DNA from: Proteromonas lacertae
Lineage: Eukaryota
DNA length: 34,196 nucleotides
Reading direction: 5' to 3'
Assembly: GCA_002245135.1 (NCBI GenBank)
Contig: NGBS01001175.1
Coordinates: forward strand, 124,001 to 158,196
In this document: positions 13,598 to 24,872 of the stretch, piece by piece
How the letters are laid out: each line of letters opens with the position of its first letter
Position numbering within the stretch: the stretch's first letter is position 1
Notes under the pieces: model-generated
The model's input: only the letters and a program-made list of their open reading frames with translations
Database searches by the model: none
What the model was told of the DNA's origin: nothing
Made by a program: the position numbers and the translations under genes

Positions 13598-13605
13598 AAC
13601 AAACA
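13598..13605 (-). terminator. TGTTTGTT downstream polyadenylation element
   Basis: Exact motif 8 nt after the TAA of copy B. This motif is known to lie a few nt downstream of Blastocystis poly(A) sites. Confidence 0.6.
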
Positions 13606-13613
13606 TCTTAAAT

Positions 13614-16600
13614 TTAAGATTCAGGAAGATTTTCATCTTCAGTCGAATTATTATCTGGTTTGAATGTCATTTTCACTTTTGAACCTGAACGCTGGTGTGG
13701 TGGTGGTAAAGGATTAGATGTTGGAGGAGTTTGTGGTGGTTCAATTCCATCAAACAATTCAACACTTGATTTGATTGGAAAACTCCCTTTTCTCTGTAAA
13801 TGAGAAGACACTGATCTTCTATAAGATGTTATTAACTTTGAAGAAGATCTGCTGGTTTGAGAAAGTGAATGCAAAGGATTTTCATTCATGAATCACTTTA
13901 TTCTTTGATAAGTTGGTAGATTTGATATTTCTCCTGATCAACTTCTTCTTCTTATTTCCTTTTTCAGATGTAGGTAACATGGGAGTACTAACTTTCTCAT
14001 AACTAAACAAAGTATCACAGACATCAAACAAAATAGAAAATGTAACAGTATTTTCTTCCATTTTTTTCTTTAAATCATTCTGAAGTTCAACATTCTCCAG
14101 TTTGGTCAAATGTACATCAAATTCTTGTTTTACTCTAAGTATTGATGAGTTATACATCTTTAATATCTCTTTAGAATAAGTTTTCCAATCTTCATCTTCA
14201 TGTTCATCATTATTAATCTGAGAATATTCATCCAATTGACTTAAATAATATTCATTATAACAATCAATTATATTATAATAATTAATTTCATTTAGATGTG
14301 ATATTGTGTCAATTGTTACGGATTTATAGTAATCTATTACTGACTGACGATATTTTGTGAATGTTGATATTAGTTTTGATATTTCATTCTCTTTATATTG
14401 TTTTATGTGTTTTGAATTTTCATTTTCATCAACAAATGTAATACATTTCAAGATTTTAGCAACTTTATTACTATTTAATAATAATAATAATATAACAATA
14501 TATATATATACTAATATTCTTTTATAAAATCATGAATAGAATCACAGAAATATTGATGTAATTCTTTCATATCTACAATTGATAATATTACATCGAGTGA
14601 AGCTTTCTTATCATCCTTATTACTGTATTTATCAAATAATTCTTTATATTTCAAAACATCTTTATTGTCTAGGAATGAGAATACTTCTGGAGTTGTATTG
14701 AAGTAAAAAATAAACAATTGAATTATTTTCTTTTCCTCTTCTATCTGTGATTTTAATTCATTCTGAGTGTCTAAATACATATCTTTTACTTCCAAATAAC
14801 TCTTAATTAAATCAGTTGAAGCTATTCTTTTATTAGATCCTTTATTGGTAAGTATTGATTGATATTTCTCTATTAGTTTCTCTAAAACTGGATATTTCTC
14901 TTTAAATTCAACTAATTGTTCTACAATTGGAGTACTACAGTATAGTCATTAATAAATATTATTATATACATATAATTATTCACATTTTCAGTAATGGAAT
15001 CTCTCAATTTGGTTATTATTTTCTTTGAATCATCTAACTTAGTTTCTAATACATCAAATTTGTATTTGGTAAAATCATCATCTACATAATTCTGAGCTTC
15101 TTCTAATGGAACATTTTCTAATATTACACTCAAATATTCTTTATTTTTCATAATGAGATTCAAAAATTCATTCAATTTACTTTTCTTTTTATTGCATTTA
15201 TCAATCAAAATCCTTTTATAAAAGTCACAAGCAGCTTTATTCACAGAAAATGTTTCTGAAATTGAATTTGGTTTTGTGACTCTTTGATAAGAATTCATTA
15301 ATTTCATCTTTCAATTCTTTATCATCTAATCTATTACTAAGGTTTATTAATTTGGATTTATAACTCTCAAATGATGTTAAATATGATTGTATAATCTGCT
15401 CACTTCTTTTCAATACATCATTTTCAATAACAATTAATTGCGATAATCCAAGTGTTGTATTTTCTAACATGTTTAATATTGAATTAGAAAATTGATTAAA
15501 ATCATCTTTAATGATTCTTGGTAGGAGTTGTACTTCATCATTACATTCACTAAGATAGGTAATTAATTCACTCTTTTTAGTTGCTATTGTATCTTCTCTT
15601 CTTTCAACTATTTCATTATATAACTTACAGTTTTCACCGAATGAATGAATCATCATTAATCTCATTTCTGCTTCATTTAGATAGTTACTAAGACTGCTGA
15701 ATGTGTCTGATTTCATTTCTTCATTGATTAATTCCTCTTTTATTGATTCTCTATAATATATATGAATGTATGAATAATACATTAAATTAGGTAACTAATG
15801 CTGTGATGGTTTGAATTGAATTCTGACTGTAACTTGTTAATTTCTATATATTACAATAATAATAATTATAATTATTCATACGTTTAAATCTTCACAATAT
15901 GATATTAGAGAGTGATGATCATCATCCACATTTGATTTGACATTTTCAACTATTCTTTTATATTCCACAAGACATGGAATATTTAGATTCAAATTACCCA
16001 CATTTGTATTGAAATCTTCACTATATATATATTTATAAGAAAAAGATAAAACAATTATAATACATCAATAAAGACAATCTCTTCTTTGTCATTTTTAACA
16101 ATTTGTTAAAATCTTCATATATTGACATATTCCTATTTATATCATCACTTACATTCAAATTCTGTCTTTGAAAGGTTGGATGAGTAGTTTGAAACTTAAT
16201 AAATTCCATTTTCAATTCTTTTTCATTCTCTAACTTTGGAACACATTCTTGTATTTCATTTCTATTAAATCAATAAATAGTATATAATATATAATACATA
16301 TATTTAGTCAATTGTTCGTGATATTCATTATTTGTCAAATTCGCTTTTTCATTCAATTTCATGCAATATTTCATATATTGACTTCAGTGTATTATATTTT
16401 ACTTCAATATTATCAGCTACAACTTCAATAACTTTATCCTAGTTCATTCATTTTAATACTTAACTCTCTTCTTTTATCAAACATATCCATATAATCTGAT
16501 ACTTTTTGAGATAATAACAACTTTCCATCATGAATAAGCTGTGAGTATTGTGGTTGTACTTGAGAGTATATATCAGCCAATTCAAATATTGTAGTAGGTA

Positions 16601-19600
16601 AAGGATTTGGAAATATATTAAACAATAATTTCAAAGTATCTTTTTGAGGCTTGTGATATATATTCACATTGATAATCATATGCAATACTGTTTCTATACA
16701 ATAAATATGAGATAAAATCATTATACTTCATCTTTTTCATATCTTTTCCTAGCAATTCAACAACAGAATTCAATTTTGTATTGAGTGCTTGTATAACATA
16801 TTCAATATCATCTAATTTGGATAAAAAGTGCAATTGAGTAGGTAATATCTGAAGATATCTTGATAATTCATTTATATATTCATATTGGCAATCTTTGAAT
16901 GTTTCTATCACTGACTGATTCTCATTTCTAATAAAAATGATATTAAAAATATAATGATAATACATTTGTGTCTGTAATTCAGCTATTTGTAACGAATATA
17001 ATTCAGCATTCTTATCATATTCAGATAGTTTCTCTTCCATTTCTTTCGAATGTTCTAATAATGGTTTTGTTTTGACTATATCAATATGACTATGGAAATA
17101 ATCAAATTGCATTTCTATTAACGACAGTATTTCACTCATTTCATTCATTCCATTAACTTCTGTTTCTTCTTCAATTTCTTCTTTTACTGTATTGTTGTTA
17201 TTGGATATTATTTCCTGTAGATTATATGATATTGTGTATAATTCCAATAATCCTTCATTATCTTCATATTCTAACCACTTTGAATTTATTTCTTTTAATA
17301 ATGCTTCAATTACTTGTTTTTCTATATTATCACTATTATTATTATTATTATTATTATTAAAATGTTTCTTTAAACATGATATTTGATGTTTAATACACTT
17401 TGCTAATTGAATTAAATCAATATTTGTAAAATCAAAACTTTGTTTATTATTACTATTATTGAGAGTTTTAATCAAATAATAAGTATTTAATATCTTCATA
17501 AACAATGAATTAGGTTTAGATGGTAAAGAGAATGACTTTTTAAATGTTTGTATTGAATCATATGATGGTTCATTCACAATTGTATATTTCCATTTTCCCT
17601 CTTTGATTAAACCATAGTAACTATTTCCATTACTTATACATTCATCAATATTTATACTCTTATTCACTCTGTTTTCATTGTTTATTGATTTTAAATATTC
17701 TTCTATTGTTGTTTGAAATAATGGAATTCTTGAAGTTCCACCAATCATTACTACTTCTACTGATTTCTTCTCTTCATCATTTAGTTTTGAACTGTTTATT
17801 ATCTCATTTAACGATTTTGTCAATCTCTCTGTAATTAGTTTGGATGTTATTAATGTGTTAAATTCATTATATGTAAAAGAATAATCAAATACATTATCAT
17901 CTAAAGTGATATGAACTTTCAACTATTGAAAATAAAACCAAAAAATATATATTTATACAGAATTAGTTATTTGATTTGATAGTGATTCTTTCAGTTTAAT
18001 TATTTCATTCTTTACTTTCAAATAATACCTTGGCACTTCATATATATTGACATTACATGAATCTTTAATCAATTTATCAAAATATTCCATCATTATATTA
18101 TCTATCTCTTTACCTCCAAGATTATTAATAAACACATTATTCACTATCTCTAAACTATTTCTTTTGTATTTATTCAAACTAATTGTTGTATTCAAATAGC
18201 CAATATCAATTATAAGCACCAATTTACCAACTGTATCTCTCAAATACTTTGAATTCATTTTATAACCATAATATAATGCTGTTGAAACATATTCAGGAAT
18301 AAAATAAACAGTATTAAATCCATTGTAAGTGAATATTTGTCGAATTATCTCTATATCACTGTTTGTATAGTTTGATGGAGTTGATAAAATGCAGTGGATA
18401 TTTGAAGTGGAATATTTAGTGGATAGATAATTGTGAATATTATGAATATAACCATACAATATATCACTAATATTCAATTCAATTTCACTACCATTTGAAT
18501 GAATAAACTATAATAATAATAATAATAACATAAATATATATATATATATATACTTTAAAACCAATTGATCCATCATTCAATCTACATATTGATTCAGGGA
18601 AATGATTCTTTTCAATATTCTCTACATCTGCATACTTTCTACCAAATAAGTCTTTTATATCCGTTATAACATTCTTATAATTTGATGATTCACTGTTTAC
18701 TTTACCAAATAATCTGTTATTTGTATAATCAACAACTACTTCAGTCTTCTTTTCATTATAAATATTCTCAATGATCATTGGAATTGAATTCTGATTGGAT
18801 GAATCATATCCACTCATCTTTATATATTTTCCACCTAAATCAATTCCAACTGTCATTTCATTTCCACTGGAAAACAACTTCTTTTCATCAATACTCATTC
18901 CAATACCTTTTAAGGTGTCTCTTGTGAAATTAAAATCGCTAATATTCTCAGATTTATCTTTATTAATATCTATAAAAACAATAATATATATATAGAAAAT
19001 TACTATTCAACAATGATATTATAATATCTAAAGATATTCTCTTAGAAGGATCTGTATTAAGCATGCCTATTAATAAAGCTCTAAAATAACATGGAAATGA
19101 TTTATCTAAGTTATAATTACACTCTATTATCATCGAATATATTTCATTAAAACTCTTTCCTTTGAATAAAACATCTCCATTTGTTATATAATAATAAATA
19201 ACACAACCATAACTCCATATATCTGAATTATTACTTAATTCACAACTTTTTAACTGTTCAGGACTGTAATAATTGATATTTTCTATTGAACAACTACGTA
19301 GTTCATTAATTTCATAATCTGATAGTAAAATATGACTTTTATCATCTGTTAGTATGATATTAGATGGTTTTAAGTTCCCATTAATAATATTTTGAGAATG
19401 TAACTGTTGTAAACCTTCTCCAATTTCAACTAAATAAGGTAGTATAGTAATATTCAAGCTACTCTGGTCTGAAGATATACTAGGGAGTAAACAACCCTCT
19501 GCTGCATAAGATCTAATTATAATAAACTGATGCTTGTCAGTAATAAGGGATTTTGTTATAGGAAGAATTTTGTCACCACATTGCAATGACATATTATTTT

Positions 19601-19889
19601 TCTATTAAATTATTACTAAAATATACAATTTTTTCTAATGTATCTGTTGGAAGTTCTGATTTCAGTATTTTCAGTATATAATCCTTTCCTTTCTTCGATT
19701 TTGTATTCTTCACTTTGCATGTCAGTGTATTTTCTGATACTGTAAGCGTTTTACAATTCTAGAAAGTAATTATTTGTATATACGCTAAATGTTAAACTTG
19801 AATCAATTGCTGTCTGATAGATACATATATATATCGAAAAAATATACAAAATCATATTTTAATCCTGAATAATGTCTTAAACTTTGCAT
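13614..19889 (-). CDS. Copy B: pseudokinase + Hsp70/Hsp110-like ATPase domain + long alpha-helical region with S/P-rich tail
   Basis: ATG at 19889. Kinase motifs: NGNLKPSNII, SDYE, YYSPE, DIWSYG. Intron 18970-19003 joins in frame to VGIDLGG, RLFG, IDIGY, NLGGKEID and IGGTSRIP. The first three intron positions and the kinase-NBD junction intron are shared with copy A. TAA at 13614. Confidence 0.8.
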
Positions 19890-20018
19890 TTTTAAAAATT
19901 GATATTTGTGTAACGGATAATATTTCAAAAACATTCAAAACAAAGAATTTTAAACACAATAATACTAAGTAATGATTAAAAAAACTTAACAACTATTTTG
20001 TAAACTTTAAATTAAAAA

Positions 20019-22402
20019 TCAATTATGATCTTTAGAATTGTTGTTCTTATTAGCTTTAGCTAATCGTGGTATCTTTGATACAAATGCAGATGATTCACAA
20101 GATGGTTTTCTTTGACTCAAATACATATTATTGTATTTCCTATCAAAAACATCTTTTGTCAATAAAGTTGATGAATAATTGGTATTATTTACTTTCTTCT
20201 TCTTTACAGGATGTACTTTCTCAGACTTAATCGATCCTTCTAAAAATGATATTTGATTCTTTAATCTAGCAATCTTTTGATTCAATTGTTCTATCTGTAT
20301 TTTATACAATATTTCATTATCTTCCATCTTCTTCTTGACTTTAATAAATCCATCACTAATCTTTCTTTCATACTTTTCAAATTCTTCTTTCTGTAGTCTC
20401 AATTTCTCAGCATTACATTGAATCAATGTTTCAATTTGTTTCTTTAATTTCTTAACTGTTTCTTCTTGATTCTTTATCTCCACAATCTTTGAACATTTAC
20501 CAAATTCTATCTTCTTTACTCTATTTCCAAATGTCAATGTACAAAGACTGTCTTCATAATCATCTTCATTATCACAAACTGTAAAAATTATAGCCGTTTT
20601 ACTATTACCATTTAAGCTATCTCTTAATAATAATGTTAATTTTGAATCTCTATAGGGAATGTGAGTTTGTTTCTCATTTATCGCTGTTATTACATTTCCT
20701 AGTGCTGATAATGATTTATTGATACTTTGAGCTTCTTTTAATCTTTCACCACATGCTCCAGATCTTTTGACTCTTTCACTACCAGCTAAATCAACTAAAT
20801 TCAACTTACTGATTAATATTCCACTTCCTTGAGGTAAATATTGTAATAATTCTACTGTCAATATACAATGTGATCTGGAACTATGTTCATTTATACAAGT
20901 GATTGATGTTGATCGATATAATAATCCTTTTTGATATATATCAATGATATTTTGAATATTTTCACTCTTTCCTATTTCTACTTTTGTTACATCTTTTATT
21001 TCAACGTTTTTATCTGTTGCTCTTAATTGGACTTTGGTTGGACCATTGCTGTTCAATAAATCAAACACTTCTTCATTGTATATCTCAACCATTGATATAA
21101 ACAATTGATAAGGTGTTTTATAATATCTCAAATATTGATACAATTTATCTAATAATCGATAATTCAAACCTAATTCTTTATCATAAACCATTGTAGCTTC
21201 CTGTGCATTTATTTGTAAGCTTGTCTCAGAACCAAACATTGTATACGATTTACCACTTCCAGTTTCACCATATGCCATTAATGTGATATTATATCCATTT
21301 AAGAATATTGGAATTAAGCTTTCAAATTCATCATATATTCTAGTTTGAGTGGTATTACTATCAAAACACTTGTCAAATTCATAAGGTTTCCAGTTTTTAG
21401 TATATTCATCTTTTATTGCTACTACCTCATGATCAGAATGGATTATATTTAATATTCTCTTATTATTATTCTCATTTTCATTGTTTGGTTTTACTCTAAC
21501 ATATGTTAATATATTGCCTTTCATATTTTGTAATTCTAACTGCAAATCTCGATTTTTTTTATTCAGTTCATTTATTTCGTTATTTTTATAACTTAATACT
21601 TCCATTATACCATTTGAAAAATCAGTAAATATATCATTAAAACTATTAAAACTATTCTTTATTGATATATTCATTTCCTCATTTATTCTTCTTACTCTTT
21701 TTCTTCTTTTCATACCTATATCTTCATTCTTAACATTATCTAATTGAAATTCTTTTAATGATATTTCTATTTTATCTAAATTACTACTTAAGGTTGCTAA
21801 TGAAGGTGGATTGGAATTATAAATGATTGATTTCGTTGAGTTTAGTAATTGTTTATTACTATTATCGCTAATAATAAGATCAGGTGGTAATGGAACTGGA
21901 TCGACTGATTCACGACCATCTTCAGAATTAGCATCAATTGAATGAGGAGATATTTTGTGAAAAGATGAGGATATAGATGACAGAGATACAGATAAAGGAG
22001 ATGAAGAGATATTATCTATATTGTTTAGATAGTTTGAAAGAGAATAAACTGTATTCTTATAACTAATAAATTCCTAGATTTCATTATATCAATATTTGTA
22101 TATACTTTACTATTTTGAATTGATTTGTTACATGATATTAATACATTGCAACTATCCTATTTTATAATAATAACAAAATAAAGTATATTTATACTTCTAC
22201 GCTTCTAAAGGATGTTTTAATAAAGGATAGCATGTCACTATAGCATTTATTCTTGCTGTAATATTCATTTACTTTTTTATTCAACTCTTCAATATCACTC
22301 TAAAAAACAACCTATAAACCATAAAAATACCTTCAGAGTAGTATTTTCTTCTTTCTGTAATATATACTTTGTTTTCCAACTTATATCATTCTCATTTGAC
22401 AT
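20019..22402 (-). CDS. Kinesin-14-like motor protein
   Basis: Neck KGNILTYVRVKP, P-loop GETGSGKS, NEHSSRSH, LVDLAGSE and HIPYRDSKLT. Three short 5' introns lead back to ATG 22402. Confidence 0.9.
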
Positions 22403-22517
22403 TATATTACGTTTAAATAAAAATATTAAAAATTTGAGGCTTGGCTTGATATGAATATGGTAAATTTAATGAAAATTTTGAGGGTTATTACATTTTCATT
22501 TTCTGTTTACAGTTGAA

Positions 22518-24639
22518 ATGAAGGGTATTAGAAGTATATTATCTCAATAATTTTGATATAGTCTTATTCTTCATTATATTGCTACTTCCAATTTACTGTT
22601 CAGTTGAGAAGAGAGAAAAGATTTTGGGATTATCTCACAGAAGTGAAAGATCTAAACACATTAGTGGAATATCCAACAAAGACATTAACGCTGCTATATT
22701 ACCTGATATCCCATTACATCTAAGTGGAAGTTTTATATTAAGTAGTATCTTTATTACCGATACGAATATTAATGTTATTAGAAGAGGTTGGAATTATTAT
22801 TATAAATGGGTATTTTCATTTGAATATCAGATAGAAGATGATTACATTATAATAAATAATATAGTATTTGAAGAGAATAGTTCCAATTTCTTATTTAATG
22901 AATGGGATGATTTAGGTGATTGTGAAGTTGATCGTAATAAAATATTTACTTATAGGTATAATTATTGAATATAATCCTTATATAGAGAATTGAAAGAGAA
23001 ATGTGTTAACACAACTAAAGATATTGAAGAAATAATCACAGAAATTCATAAAACAGAAAAATTATCTTGTGAAACAGATGACTATCAGACAATATGTTAT
23101 ATACAATCAGATGAAAGAAACACTTACTTAAAAGAATATAGTATTATAAATAATATATGTAATATAGGTAGTTTGGATGGAATAATGTATGTATTGAATA
23201 ATACAAAATTAGAATCTTATTCACCTGGAACAGATTTTTATGGTTATACTCCTAATCGTTTAAGTAGATTTAAAGGTATTAAATTGATAGAAGTTAGAAA
23301 TGAGGGAATATCTTTAAATATTGAAAGTTATAAATACAATGCACTTGTCTATGATACATATACTAGGATGGATTATGGAGGACATTCTTACTTTTACACA
23401 TGTCTTGAAAGTAAGTGCAAATATATTTGTGATTTAGGGAATTATATGAATAATAACTGGGATTTATATGAATGTTATGAAAAAGCATTAGATTTTGAAA
23501 CTGATTTAGATATTTTATTCAATAAGACCTATAACAATGCAAAGAATTATAATCCTTCCAATAAAATTGGAATAGAAAGATTATTGAAAGAAGAATCTAA
23601 AAAAGAAACAAAAGTATCAAAAGGATATTATTATGAAGATGTTAATGAATTTAATGGTAATTATAGAGGATATTTTGTTGTTGATAATACTTTAACAATA
23701 ATTAAACAAACAAGTTCATATCATCAAGATGATGTTCAGCAAATAAAATTAGTATTATCATTAGATTCAGAAACAAGTATATATACTAATAACTATATTC
23801 ATTTTATTGAAATAGAATCAGTGAAATTGATGAGTATAAATGATGAGATAGTTGATAAAGAAAAGAGTGGAATTGAACCAGGATGGAATAATTTTATATA
23901 TGACCAATCAATATGTAGTTATTTTTTCCCTTTAAAAGATAAAGATTATTACAAGTGTAATGTTAACGACTATGCTTTTGATACACTTGTTAAAAAAGAA
24001 TATATTATAACAGAAAGTGAATCAGAAAAAAGACTATTAATTTATAATGATGCGGGTAATTATGATGATAATTTGTATTTATTAGAATATGAAAATTCAA
24101 CCAAACTGAATGAAATAATCAACCGAATTACTAAATTCACCAAACCAATTCCTAATGATAAATGTTTAAAGTATAATTACACATCAGATGAAGCAGATGA
24201 ATCTGTTGCATTGTACAATAATATAATCTACTCTAGTAGATTATATTATTATGATGGTCATATACATATTGATTTTGTATTTGCTGAAAATGGTAATAAT
24301 AAATACTATACTAAGGATTTGAAGAATTATTTCTCCATATTAGATGGGTATGATGATCAATATATGCATAGTACTAGTTCATTTCGTCATAAATATGTAG
24401 ATTATCATGGAAATGATTATGTTGTATGTAGTGAGAGTTTAAAAAACGATGTTCTTACAAAATTTGAACAGATATTCTTAAAATTTAAAAAAGAGGAAAT
24501 ATATGATGATGATAATGTAAATGAAAATACAGGAAGTATAGAAACAGTTAGTACAAGTAACGACGATACAAGCAATAATGGAGTAATATACACTCTCAAT
24601 ATTATATTATTCTCATTATTATTCTTTATATTCATATAA
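22518..24639 (+). CDS. Secreted, probably GPI-anchored Tyr/Cys-rich surface protein
   Basis: Spliced signal peptide MKGIRILFFIILLPIYCS. An intron at about 22956-22985 joins the two ORFs. An S/T/N/D spacer is followed by a hydrophobic C-terminus with no cytosolic tail. Confidence 0.75.
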
Positions 24640-24872
24640 TTGCTTTAATTATGTGAATCTGACCACATTTTACCATATCAACATTTCAAGTTGTATATTG
24701 GGTTTATTTGTCATGTTTCACTATTAAAATAAACATTATAAGGTAATTAATTGTTTATTATGGATATATGAGATTATATTGATGATTTATTTATTATACA
24801 CAAATACAGTGTGTATTTGTATTAGATTTTCAATTTTTCTAATCTCCGTTATACAATCACATTAGTATTTTT

